Assembly: GCA_964016885.1 (NCBI GenBank) | Contig: OZ024754.1 | Location: 16,802,001 to 16,866,000 of the forward strand | Direction: 5' to 3' | Length of the DNA: 64,000 nucleotides | Source of the DNA: Eledone cirrhosa | Lineage: Eukaryota | Part shown: positions 1-11,800 of the stretch, piece by piece | How the letters are laid out: every line of letters begins with the position of its first letter | How positions within the stretch are numbered: position 1 is the first letter of the stretch | The notes under the pieces: generated by a model | Seen by the model: only the letters and a program-made list of their open reading frames with translations | Databases searched by the model: none | What the model was told of the DNA's origin: nothing | Position numbers and translations under genes: made by a program

Positions 1-488
1 TTATATGCTGTGTTGAAAATATATCTTTTTATAATGAATTTATATTATTTTGAATATTTTCGGAGGGATGGGTAGTGGTGGTGTGGTATTTTGTTTTATT
101 TTTTTATTTTTCGTAAATATTGAATTTCCTACATCTTCCCTAATAATACAGGTAATTTATATACATGTACGGAGAAGCGGTTACAAACCTTTCCTCTCTA
201 ATTTCTAAATACTCATTTTAAGACGATCTTTTTATTTCGATTTTCTTGTTTGAAACGTATCATTGCTTTATATAATATCACGTTCCTCATTTGCTTATTA
301 ATTCCTCTCAAACTTGTCTGCACAGGAAGTGTTTTGCCCCAAACACGTTGTAATGGAACTTTTGGCAATAGAATTGGTTCAGTAATTGGTATACAGAATC
401 AAAGACCATGTTAATTTTCTTCATGGAACAGTTGGATAGAATAATGGGAAGATTGTAAGAACCCATTTGGGCTAGACTATTTTGATTT

Positions 489-577
489 TATATATGTAGC
501 AATTAACATTTGTATAGTCAGTCGCAGCAGGCACCTTGTGTAGACTTTCACATGAAATCTGAAGACTGATGGTATTT
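489..577 (+). promoter_or_regulatory. Candidate core promoter (TATA-like + initiator) and short first exon
   Basis: TATATA at 489-494 lies about 31 nt upstream of the A in an Inr-like TCAGTC (518-523). ATG|GTATTT at 569-577 is a possible donor. The first ~1.2 kb looks richer in CpG than downstream unique DNA. Motifs are short and could be chance. Confidence 0.2.
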
Positions 578-1030
578 ATCGTGGATCTCGCGTCAAGTTT
601 CTGAATGTTTCCTTATCGTCTGCACCCCATCCCCTCACCGCTGGCTGTCATTGCTCCCTATATCATTATTATCAGTGAAAATATTTGTCTATTTGACTAC
701 AACTGGTTCGATGTGTATTTTGGATAAAATATACGAATAGGCTATGTAACCGGTAAACCCTAAAGGGACGCAACACACATCACTATAGCGTTTCACCAGC
801 CCCTTCCTTCAGTTGTCTGTTTATGTAATTACGTGTAGATGTGTGTATGTAACTAAAGCGTAGCGTACATTACCAATGGACGACTAAATGATTTTAACTT
901 GTTTTTTAACAATTGATGGAAAGATTTCAAAGTGTCTTAACTTGGACCGTAGCTCATGGTGTCTGACACTCTTACCGGCTACATAGCCTCTTTCAAAATA
1001 TATCTAAAGTTTTTTTGTTTTTTTTGCCCT

Positions 1031-1165
1031 GATTTCAAATCTTGCCGGTGTCAACTTTGCAATTAATTCTTCCAGGGTCGGTAATATAAAGTACTGGGCA
1101 CTGGGCTCGATGTATCGGCTTCTCCCGCCCCACAAATTGTTGGCCTTGTACTTAAATTGGAAGCC
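1031..1165 (+). mobile_element. Degenerate fragment of SINE family B
   Basis: ttcaaatcttgccggtgtcaactttgc...gggtcggtaatataaagtac...tggccttgt resembles intact copies such as 60375-60563. Confidence 0.55.
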
Positions 1166-1810
1166 ATTAATATACAGAACATTAAACACCGCAAAGTAGT
1201 TATATTCTAAGTTGAAGGTTTTTGTTGAACTATCTTCCTATTTTATTTATCTTGAGATACAAATTTATATAATTCTGCCTTAAGCAAGTTTTCCTCCTTT
1301 CAGCTGTCTTATATAGTTCTCATTGTCTCTTGTATCAGCACATTACCATTTCTATACTGTTAACAATATTTCTTCCAATAATTTGCTGGAAAAGGAGTTA
1401 TTCAACATCACTTTAGTCTATTTTTAGTAAATATGATCCCATGAGTAAATGGTGCATCTTAAATATTGATTTTCTTGTATTTTTAGACTTGTCTTTCTCT
1501 GCCTATGGATACAAAACAACTTGTTTGAGTATATGACTCAGCAATTTAGAAAAGTGGGTGCTTTCATCTCTTGTTAGTTTCAGTATTTCTTACATAATCT
1601 TACCACCATATCAATTTCTAGCAGATTAGCCTATCTACTTAGATTTCATAGGAATCATTCAGTTTTCAGGCACTTTTCACTGCCCATGTTACAATGTTTT
1701 AGCAAGTTTATATATATATAAATGTAATCTGAGTTTTTCGAATATTAATAACATTTGATTCGTTTGCAATTATGCAGACAAGCCTCTATTCTTTATATAT
1801 ATATATATAT

Positions 1811-2149
1811 GGAGGCACATGGCTTAGTGGTTAGAGCATTGGCCTTGCAATCGAAAGGTTGTGAGTTCAATTCTCAGACCGGGTGATGTGTTGTTTCCTT
1901 GAGCAAGACACTTTATTTCACATTGCTCCAGTTTACTCAGCTGTAGAAATGAGATGATAGGGACTGGGGTCCCTATCATTCCACTGCAAAGTGGTCGTGG
2001 AGGTGCCACGGCAAAAAAGCACCCAGCACTCACTGTAAATGAGGTTGGTGTTAGGAAGGGCATCCAGCTGTAGAAATCAAGCCAGAATCAGTTCCCGTCC
2101 CACCCTTGCAAGCAGGGAAAAGCGAACGTTAAATGATGATGATGATGAT
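1811..2149 (+). mobile_element. tRNA-derived SINE family A with RTE-LINE-like 3' tail
   Basis: Pol III A box TGGCTTAGTGG and B box GAGTTCAATTC. The 3' half matches the RTE 3'UTR at 10940-11085, the terminus matches the RTE end at 5180-5240, and there is a (GAT)n tail. Inserted in (TA)n. Confidence 0.9.
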
Positions 2150-2390
2150 ATATATAAATGTAATCTGAGTTTTTCAAATATTAATAATAACATTCGATTC
2201 GTTTGCAATTATGCAAACAAGCCTCAATTTTATAGCCATGTCAGTAGAATGAAACCTTCATTTTTGCTCTTTTGTTGGCATGTAAACAGAACTGCAGACA
2301 CTAATGTTTCTGGGTATCATCCTTCATCAGTACAGCTGCCAAACTGTCGGAGCTTGTGGAAATATATGCTATTTTCAAAAATACACATTG

Positions 2391-2497
2391 ACTGATCGGC
2401 CTGATTTGCATATTAGCAGACTGGCTGATCAGTCAGATCTGCATATTAGCAGATCCACTGATCAGCCAGATTTGCATATCAGCCGACAGGCCAGTCA
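2391..2497. repeat. 33-bp tandem repeat x3 containing octamer motifs
   Basis: ctgatc(g/a)g(c/t)c(t/a)gat(t/c)tgcatat(t/c)agc repeated with period 33. ATTTGCAT at 2404 and 2470, ATCTGCAT at 2437. Confidence 0.75.
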
Positions 2498-2610
2498 GTT
2501 TCCTGTATACGAGCGATAAATGGCCGGCTTTGCCACATTCAAATAAAAAAGAAAATTTTCGCTCTACATGGCTGAATACAATAAATGTAATCTGAGTTTT
2601 TCGAATATTA

Positions 2611-2796
2611 ATAATTGTTTCTACTTTTGGCACAAGGCTAGCAATTACCGAGTGTATTACTGGTACTTTATTTTATCGACCCCGTAAGGATGAAAGGCAA
2701 AGTTAACCTCGGTGGGATTTGAACTCAGAATGGCAAGGGCCGTAACTCTATGCATCAAAGCATGGCGTCTGACCCTCTACCGATACTGCCAATCTG
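2611..2796 (-). mobile_element. SINE family B
   Basis: Reverse complement of the family consensus: ttggcagtatcggtagag...gagttcaaatccc...ttgcctttcatccttacggggtcgataaaataaagtaccag...gtagaaacaatt. Confidence 0.9.
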
Positions 2797-3028
2797 CTAA
2801 TAATAACATTCAATTTGTTTGCAATTATGCAAACAAGCCTCAATTTTATAGCCATGTCAGTAGAATGAAACTTTCATTCTTGCTCGCAATCGTGAGGTTG
2901 TGATTTCGTTTCTCGGACTGGGTGATGCGTTATGCCTTGTCTGGATTTGTGACTGATACATAGTATTAGCAATTGGATAGACCAATGGAAACATTGTTTC
3001 CTTGGTCTGATTTGACGAGCTCCACCCG

Positions 3029-3061
<33 letters not shown>

Positions 3062-3772
3062 TATCAAAAGTATGTGTACAAGCCAATAAAGAAGGAGAGA
3101 TGGGAGATTAGTTGCGAGATTTATAATTCAGTAGTGAAGAGGACAGTGTGCTCAATGTGTATAAAGTGCAAGACAAACGAACAGTGAAAGTAAGCGAGAG
3201 AATTATATGTCAACCAAAAAGTATATAGGCAGAGCATTAATATAAAAATTAATTCTTAGAGAATACAATACCGAATTGAACAAATATATTTATTCATTTA
3301 CAATTGTTTCAGAAATAATATCCAAATTCAGTTCATAAAAATGAAAAATTATTGATGAGACCAGATAAGAAAATTGAACTAAGAAATGACCTCATCTTCA
3401 GAACCAAAAAGAAAATAAATATAAAATTCAAAAATACATGTCATTGATGATGTGGACTACATAAAACATAAAAGGCAAACCATACCACTTATCATTCAAA
3501 GGACCGAAACATAATTAAAATACATTCTAAAATCAAAGAAGTTAATTATTTACATAATGGAGGAAATATAAAACAGGAAGTAAGCAGGTGTAAATAGCAA
3601 GGGGCATAAATATGATAAGACTTAAATACTGGTTCTTAATGGAATTTACTGTTGATATACTAATGAGATATTTAAAAAAGGATGAGAAGTGTTACTATTA
3701 TTTATTACGGTAGATTAAAAAATAAATATAGGTGTGAAAAGAAATAGCATGCAATATTACTCAAGAGAGTAG

Positions 3773-3958
3773 GGCGGTGGATTGGCACTATCGGTAGAGG
3801 GTCGGACACCATGCTTTCAAGCATAGTTACGTCCCTTTACGATCTGAGTTCAAATCCCGCTGAGGTTGACTTTGCCTTTCATCCTTACGGGGTCGATAAA
3901 ATAAAGTACCAGTAATGCACTGGGTAATTGCTGGCCTTGTGCCTAAAGTAGAAACAAT
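3773..3958 (+). mobile_element. SINE family B with target-site duplication
   Basis: Full-length copy flanked by aatattactc(a/g)agag at ~3753 and ~3956. Confidence 0.9.
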
Positions 3959-4761
3959 ATTACTCGAGAGTTAATATGAGAGGAATCATTAAGAATAAAA
4001 TAATTAGAGGAAGTAATGTATATTATGACAAATGGAGCAAAAATAAATTATAATATATTATAAAATAAACGGTAAGATAAAGATAAAGGTAAAAGAAAAG
4101 AAAAGTATGATTATCATATTTAATGACCAGGCTAGGTATACCAGAGTGTAAGACATCAAATTATTAGACATGTGTTCCTCTAGTGATTGTTTTAAGTTTA
4201 GTAATGAGGGAAGGTCAAAGTTACGGATCATACATAGGTGTGAAGAAATAGAGTAAAGAAGAATAGGAAAGACTAAAAATATGAAATGAAAAGAGGTGTT
4301 AATATGTTAAGCCAAGGCAAAAAGAGATATAACATTAAGAATACTAATTATAAAAATTTAAATGAGGGGGTTTATAAAAAAAGTGGTCAAAGAGTAAATA
4401 ATTTGTCACATAAGGAGGAAAAAAGCCTTGATAGTGAGGTTTAATACTAAAACGAATTAGGAAGGAGGGGAAACTAAAGGAAGAGTGTTATCAATCAGAG
4501 TAAGTTAAAAGGAGTATAAATCTAATGGGAAAGGATAGAGTTTAAGAGAAAAAAAAAACACCTATTAAACTAAGAGAGTACAGGGGTTTTTGGATGAGGA
4601 GTTATAGATTAATATATTAGATGGGAATAATGAAATAGATAAAAATAAAAAAGTAAAATATAAAACAATTAAGGAGAAAATTTATACTAGTTATAGTGTG
4701 AAGATAGGTGGGTGGGGGTATGTGGGATAGGTAAAAAGATAGCTAAGTTAACTAATAGAAT

Positions 4762-5142
4762 CTAAGGAGAATCAAATACTTTGTTAGTGAACGAGTAAGC
4801 CAAACGATGATAGCAATTAATTTCAATCTCATTGTGATCATTTATTAGGCTGGGCTTATACATAGTTATGAAAAAAGCTTCCGATAAACAGAGGTCACAA
4901 TGACCTTTACAACCTTTGTAAGGAGAGGATTTAGCTAAGATATCCCAGACTAAAGAGTATTCAGTATTTGAGAGCTTTAGTTTATTAATATATCTAGCTA
5001 AAGACATAGTACATTTTAAATTACTATACTTAAAGGAATGTTTATTGGAATTTAAACAAGTCTTAAAACAGTTAGCAGTAGCTCCAATGTATGTTTTAGT
5101 GATTTCTGAAACAATTGTAAACCAATAAATATATTTGTTCAA
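4762..5142 (-). pseudogene. GIY-YIG endonuclease C-terminal remnant of a Penelope-like element
   Basis: Translation KTYIGAT..FK...KHSF...SLARYINKLK...YSLVWDILAKSSPY....HCDLCLSE...LINDHNEI...CYH matches the YIG/CxLC/LN..E..CxH pattern typical of PLE endonucleases. No RT is present upstream. Confidence 0.8.
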
Positions 5143-5179
5143 GAATTCCTTATTGTATTCTCTAACAATTAATTATATA

Positions 5180-5475
5180 TCATCATCATCATCATCATCA
5201 TTTTACGCCCGCTCTTCCCTGCTTGCAAGGGTGGGACGGGTCTTATTCAGCACAGCATCTCTCTACTTGTCACGGTCCTTCGTCATCTCCACCGTGAGCT
5301 TCAGCGATCTGAGGTCTGTTCTCACCACCTCCGCCCATGTTTTTCATGGTCTACCTCTAACATGTCTTCTTTCAACTGGCATTTCTTGGCACTTTGCCCA
5401 GCAGTCATCCTCCATGCGCATCACATGTCCATACCACCTCAGTCTCCTCTCTCGCACACTACATTCTATCCCTCT
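5180..5475 (-). mobile_element. 3' fragment of an RTE LINE (short-3'UTR subfamily)
   Basis: Minus-strand translation [29 protein letters not shown]...GRP*KTWAEVVRTDL...KTRPTLASREERA* is followed directly by a (GAT)n tail. Contains internal stops. Confidence 0.9.
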
Positions 5476-5484
5476 CAGACACAC

Positions 5485-5549
<65 letters not shown>

Positions 5550-6349
5550 AAAATTAAACAAAAGTAACAAAACAAACAACACAGTACAATAAAGAAATAT
5601 ATAAATATATATACTCAGTCGACAGGAACTGTGTGGAACCAAACCATTAAAACGTACACACACACACACACACACACAAGTCTGCAGCAATCCTCTCACC
5701 ACTGCACCTAATTGATATAAAACTTGCTTACCTTAGGTGAAATGTTATCCACTTCATCGATATTACACAAGATTATGACACAGAAGGAAAGCATTACCAG
5801 ACATACATGTATGTTTTTGTTCAGTTTATGAAGCAAAGGTCCAGACAAAAAAAATGCAACAATTGACCTGTAAACTCAGCTTAGAGCATTGGAATACCAA
5901 AAACAGCACTGGTAATCTAAGAGTTAAATCTGACCAATATTCTTTTTGGTGGGGCTGGTGTAGGTGTATAATACAAACTTTTCTATGGTAATATTGTCTT
6001 ATGCATTAATTTCAAATTTCACGTACATAAAAATACAAGGTTTCAACCTTCATACCAAACTACCTATGCTACTAAATTGTGTTATTGTTTTATATTATTT
6101 ATATTGTATCTAAAATCCTTCCATGGTAATTTTATGTAAGAATCTTTGTTAAATTATGCTCCCCAAACCACCATAATATTGGTTTCTGATTTAGGCACAA
6201 GGCCAACAATTTTGGGGGAGGAGAAAGTCAATTAAATCAACCCCAGTGCGTCACTGGTACTCTATTTTGTTGACCCTGTAAGGATGAAAGGCATAGCTAA
6301 CCTTGGCGGGATTTGATATCAGAACACAAAGGACTGCAAAACCACCATA

Positions 6350-6536
6350 ATAATTGTTTCTACTTTTGGCACAAGGCCAGCAATTACCATGTACATTACT
6401 GGTACTTTATTTTATCGACCCCGTAAGGATGAAAGGCAAAGTTAACTTCGGCAGGATTTGAACTCAGATCGTAAAGGGCCGTAGATCTATGCTGTAAAGC
6501 ATGGCGTCCGACTCTCTACCGATACTGCCAATCCGA
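6350..6536 (-). mobile_element. SINE family B (an older related copy lies at ~6180-6335)
   Basis: Matches the family consensus on the minus strand. Confidence 0.9.
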
Positions 6537-7804
6537 TGAAAGGCATAATAATAAGTTAGTTATATTACTAAATGTCTTCCCGGTTCTTGATTCTTTTCAA
6601 AATTATCTAAAACTCATTGCTAAAGACATGCTAATGAAAGGGTTAAATAATTCATAATATATACAGAACAAGTTTTTATCTACTCTTATAGACTGAGCAA
6701 AAACAATAGAAAGACATAAATGGAAGGAACAATTTTGCAAATATCAGATTTGATTATCTCACCTATCATGAAATTTAAATTTTAAATTTGACCAATATTG
6801 TATTTTGGGGTGTATGGAATAAATTTTACTATGGAAATTTTCATTTTGAATTAATTCCACTGAATAGAAAATATAATGACCCAATGTTGTATAGAGAGCA
6901 AGTGCTGTCTGTCTATATGGTATTTTAGAAATACATAAATGGGAGGAATAATAATATTAGATTTAATTATTTAGCCTATCATAAAATTTGAATTTTAAAC
7001 CTGCCCAATATTTTTGTTACCTATCATTTATCATCAGATTTAAATATTTTTCGATTGTAAGTTATTTGCAGCAAACATTTCCTGAATAATATCTTCTTTG
7101 GATAATAATATATTCACTGCCATATAAGAAAATTATTACAAACTGGTTCTTATAATACAGTATTTCTCTTTGTGTTTCTTTCTCTTGAATTAGAACTTTT
7201 TCATCATCATCATTGTTTAACATCCATCTTCCACGCTAGCATATTTCTCTCAAAATTCATCACTGTATATTAATATAACTGAAGATGTTTATATAAACAC
7301 ACATTTTATATTGTATTTTCATTACCACCATCAGCATTTTATTCTTGCTTTTCATGTTTTGTAAATTATTACATGGGTCACTTTAGGTTGAGTGTGTTGT
7401 CAAATAAAGTGTTATGCAGCCCTAGCTAGGAAAACACTAAAACTAGCATCATTTTCTCTTGAGAATATTTAGCTTTCTATTGTTAACTCTATTCTTATTT
7501 GTTCTTTTTATAAAATGGCAGGTAGTAGAATTTCTGGTGTTACACATACTAAATATTTGTATATAAATGGATCTCAGAACTTTTCTCATGTTGGATTGTT
7601 TGCTTCTGTTTTCTCATTTTAATCTAGTTGTTTAGAACAACTCATACAATTATGATGGAAGGTTTTCTTTTTATATATGATTCTTATATAAAATTATATC
7701 AGAATATTTAAATCTGAATCCTTTAAAAAGTTTTGTTTTATAGAACCAGAACTGGTTTTTGCTGGGTTGGTATCAAAACCCATAAGGCCATTTGTAGTAT
7801 CTAT

Positions 7805-8082
7805 CTGGACATCCAGAGATGGGAAGAAGTCGCTAATGATCACCCATGATGGAAACGAGTACTGCGCAAGGGGTTGGAGCGAGGGGAAGAGGAACTGAAA
7901 CTTACCTTCGAAGAAAGGACAACACAGTAGCATAGGAGGAGAGCATTTTCAAATGCAGTTGCTGTGTCCAGGACTGTGACTCCTGTGTGGGCCTGTACAG
8001 ACACACTAGTACCACCACCAGCTGACACAAAATTCTCCAGGCACAGATCCATGGTCTTTCAAGACTAATGGATGCCAATAAT
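7805..8082 (+). mobile_element. Old RTE-clade LINE 3' remnant with C-terminal zinc-finger-like motif
   Basis: LDIQRWEEVANDHP*WKRVLRKGLERGEE..., then after a frameshift FKCSCCVQDCDSCVGLYRHT*. Ends tccatggtctttcaagactaatggatgccaataata. Resembles the C-termini of BovB/RTE-type ORFs. Confidence 0.65.
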
Positions 8083-8202
8083 AAGTATCTATACCGCAGG
8101 AGCAATTGGCAAGATTTGTAGTATTAAAGAAACACTTCAATTAATGTAATGAATGCAGTTATACTGTTATTTTGTAATTTTCAAGAATGTTTTGCTAATG
8201 GA

Positions 8203-8445
8203 TCACGTCTCCAATACTACAGGCATGTGGTTAGAATGTCTCTGGAAAGAATCACTGGACAGATTTTACGGGCAAAACCAACTGACAGGAAACCTAGGGG
8301 TTGACTTGGAGCAAGATGGTTGGATAACATCCATGAGGTTGGCTGGTCACGCTTGGGGGATCCAGCCGGATCAGTTGGAGTCGGTTGTTTCTGACAGGAC
8401 CCGCTGGAGGGAGTGTTTGAGGACTCTCTCAGGAATAAGTGGGCA
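8203..8445 (+). mobile_element. Old RTE-clade LINE 3' remnant (another family)
   Basis: SRLQYYRHVVRMSLERITGQILRAKPTDRKPRG*LGARWLDNI...VSDRTRWRECL, the degenerate RLxWxGHxxRM...RxxGRP..W motif. Related pieces at 15620-15930 (-) and ~35345-35425 (+). Confidence 0.75.
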
Positions 8446-8696
8446 AAGAAGAAAAGGGAGAAGTGTTGCTAATGTGGTTTCATGTGGCACAAGCTGTCAG
8501 ATGACTGGAGCTAATAAGAGCAAGATGTTTCATTTTTTTTTTTTCATGGGGGAAGTTTAGTTTTCAAATTTCATGACTTTATATATTGAAGTTGAGTTTA
8601 TAGTGTCAGTATCTCACCTTGTGTCTTTCAAAATAGCTTTGCACACCTGCATTACATATGTATGTAGGCATGATGTATGTATCTGTGTGTGTGTGT

Positions 8697-8878
8697 ATAT
8701 TTGTCTGACGAACGAATGCGGACGTTTCTTGTATTCGTCTTTTTCGGGAAGCCTCTGGTAATGAGGTAATTATACTGTATTGTTTATTATACATTAAATA
8801 TTTAGCTCAGTAACTTACATAGAGCACTCTTCATTCCTCTGACTTTTTCAATTTTCAACGGAAACTTCAATACTTATA
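8697..8878 (+). repeat. Microsatellite-embedded dispersed repeat with partial hammerhead-like core
   Basis: atatttgtCTGACGA + hairpin acgaatgc/gtattcgt...GAAActtcaatac. Segment 8757-8878 recurs inverted at 54760-54877, and a related start (atatttgtCTGAAGAacga) occurs at 11414. Confidence 0.65.
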
Positions 8879-8948
8879 TATATATGGGTAAGTATGTGTG
8901 TGTATGTATGGTTTTAATTTAGTTTTACGTGTATATGGATACACACAC

Positions 8949-11206
8949 AGGCGACAAGTATACTTAGCTAGGAGGGAAGCAGAGGATAGAAAATTCAAGC
9001 ATGTTTTACAACGTGAGGACCAGAAACAGGAGGTATTCAAGATTGCGAGGCAGTGTGTCAGAGATAGTTGTGATGTCATTGGAGAGAAGTGTATCCGGAA
9101 TGATAAAGGTGAGCTTGCCCTCACAAGTGCTGAGAAGAAAGATGCATGGAAGAGTCATTATGATAGATTACTAAATGAGGAGAATGCATGGGAAGAAGAG
9201 ACCCTACCCCACGTAGACCCTATAGAGGGACCAGCAGTACAAGTCAGCGGCAGCGTAGTAAGTAAGGCAATCAGAGATATGAAGATAGGGAAGGCAACCG
9301 GTCCATCGGGTATAGCTGCCGAGATGCTGAAGGCATCTGGGTCTGTAGGTCACACTATAACCACACGTATCGTTAACCAGGTAATACTAGAGGGGGCCAT
9401 ACCAAAAGATTGGTGCAGTAGCATCATTGTCAACTGCTACAAAGGTAAAGGCGATGCACTAGATAGAGGAAACTATAGAGGTATAAAGTTGATGGACCAG
9501 GTCATGAAAGTAACAGAAAGAGTTATAGCACAGCTGATTAGGGACCGGGTGAATATAGACGAGATGCAATTTGGGTTTGTTCCAGGGAAAGGCACCACTG
9601 ATGCGCTCTTCCTTGTGAGGCAATTACAGGAAAAGTACCTAGCTAAAAGTAAGCCACTCTACTTGGCATTTGTCGACCTTGAGAAAGCCTTTGACAGAGT
9701 TCCATGTGCAGTAATCTGGTGGGCTCTTAGAAAACTAGGAGTAGATGAATGGCTTGTGAAAGCGGTACAAGCCATGTATAGGGGAGCAGTCAGCAAAGTT
9801 AGGATTGGCAATGAGTATAGCGAGGAATTTAGCGTACAGGTTGGGGTCCACCAGGGCTCTGTTCTTAGCCCTCTCCTGTTCATCATAGTCCTGCAGGCAA
9901 TAACGGAGGAGTTTAAGACCGGATGCCCATGGGAACTCCTGTATGCTGATGACCTCGCACTCATAGCTGAATCTATGGTAGAACTAGAGAATAAATTCCA
10001 AACCTGGAAGCAGGGACTAGAGAGAAAGGGCCTCAAAGTCAACATGACAAAGACTAAGGTCCTTATAAGTAGACGAGAAAACAGAACCCAGATCCCCTCA
10101 GGGAAATGGCCTTGCTCAGTATGTAGGAAAGGTGTAGGTAGGAACTCCATTCTTTGCCCCAAATGCAAACAATGGGTACACAAGAGATGTAGCGGGATCT
10201 CAGGAAGCTTAATTAAGAATGTAGGATTCACATGCAGCAGCTGTGCTGAAACAGCAAGCAAACAGCCACAGGAAACAAGTACCACCAATCTCTGGGAGGG
10301 CCCTGTAGAAACAGTAGACAGCTTCTGCTACCTAGGTGACCGAATTAGCAACGGAGGTGGGTGCTCAGAAAGTACAATAACTAGGGTAAGAACGGGATGG
10401 AAGAAGTTTAGGGAACTACTACCACTGCTAGCTGCAAAAGGCTTCTCCCTCAGAATGAAAGGCAGACTGTATGATGCGTGTATCCGAACAGCGATGTTGC
10501 ATGGTAGTGAGACCTGGGCGCTGAAGGTGGAAGACTTACGTAGATTAGAGAGAAACGAAGCCTGCATGCTCCGATGGATGTGTAACAGTAATATACGTGA
10601 ACGACAAAGCATAAATGAATTGAGAGAGAGACAGCATAAGAGGAATCAAATGCTGCGTGCAGGAGAGGCGGTTACGCTGGTATGGACATGTGATGCGTAT
10701 GAAGGATGACAGCTGCATAAAAAGGTGCAGAGCACTAGAAGTTGATGGAAACCGCGGAGTGGGGAGACCCAAGATGACTTGGGATGAGGTGATAAAAGCC
10801 GACCTTACCCAACTACACCTCTCAAAGTCAATGACACACGACCGTGACTTCTGGCGTCACGCAGTAATACAGGGTACCCGACCTCCCATGGGTACATGCT
10901 GAAGCATATAAACAATATGCCCCCCCCCCCCCCCACCGCAAGGTGGTCGTGGAGGTGCCACGGCAAAAAAGCACCCAGCCCACACTGTAAAGTGGACGTG
11001 TAGGCGCCACGAAAAAGCACCCAGCACTCACTGTAAATGAGGTTGGTGTTAGGAAGGGCATCCAGCTGTAGAAATCAAGCCAGATCAGTTCCTGTATGAG
11101 CAAGGCATGGTCAGCCGACCAGACACTGCCCACAACAGGACAACCCGTCTAACCCATGCTAGCGTGGAAGAACGGACGTAAAACGGTGATGATGATGATG
11201 ATGATG
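8949..11206 (+). mobile_element. Young 5'-truncated RTE LINE (RT with PHD-type finger), frameshifted near 10632
   Basis: RT motifs [43 protein letters not shown] 2-bp deletion relative to the 50113-53193 copy shifts the C-terminus into ORF 10657-10902. ~300-nt 3'UTR and (GAT)n tail, with (CA)n on both sides. Confidence 0.95.
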
Positions 11207-11369
11207 ACACACACACACATAAATAACCTGAAAGAAAAGTGTAAAGTGTTTTATCAAGAATGAATGAACGTAATGGCTTTATACACACACACACACTGTG
11301 TGTTAACAATTTCAATTGAAAATCTATTTGGTTTATATATGTATCTCTCTCTCTATATATATATCTATA

Positions 11370-11412
<43 letters not shown>

Positions 11413-11413
11413 A

Positions 11414-11800
11414 ATATTTGTCTGAAGAACGAGCCCCCTTTTTTTTTAAAGTAAAAAGAAATTTCAAACACTCATATATGAAAAAACAACCTGAGCCCCC
11501 CCCCCCCCCCCCCCCCCCCCCTGTTTGAAGAACTTTGTAACATGAACTGGCGCGAAATTTATAATTATTGACCAACCAATCAAATTACTTCTCTAAAAAT
11601 CTGGCTTTTCGAGCCACTTTTTTCCATATAAAACAAGTAACATTCAAAGACCAACCAGATGTGAGAAAAACCCCTCCATCTCAACTCTACTTTTGAAAAG
11701 CAGAACAACTGCGAAACCGGTAAAGGAACCAAATAAATATATATTTTTTAAAAAAATAAGACTCCAGTTGCATTTTCGATTTCATCTTTTTTTCTTTATA
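11414..11800 (+). repeat. Microsatellite-embedded dispersed element related to 8697 and 15429
   Basis: Starts atatttgtCTGAAGAacga...GAAAtttcaaac and contains a long C run and GAAACCGGTA. It ends aagactccagttgcattttc, similar to 15538-15570, and is flanked by (TA)n. Confidence 0.5.

Larger units (their letters stand above)
1720..2885 (+). repeat. Three dispersed direct copies of a ~70-115 bp unit, interleaved with SINEs
   Basis: aaatgtaatctgagtttttc(g/a)aatattaata...gtttgcaattatgca(g/a)acaagcctc occurs at ~1720, ~2157 and ~2583. The third copy is split by the SINE at 2611-2796. Confidence 0.8.
3245..5175 (-). mobile_element. Penelope-like element (PLE) remnant with inverted terminal segment
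   Basis: Contains the GIY-YIG remnant at 4762-5142. Segment 3245-3317 is a diverged inverted copy of 5101-5175. The interior is strongly A/G-skewed on the + strand and is interrupted by a SINE. Confidence 0.6.

Noticed and set aside
1811-1885. tRNA gene
   Set aside because: A/B boxes continue into a SINE body with a LINE-like tail, repeated in several copies. No complete cloverleaf was seen.
9659-10772. Antisense ORFs over the RTE copies (also 48759-49574 and 50544-53093)
   Set aside because: Shadow frames of the RT coding strand.
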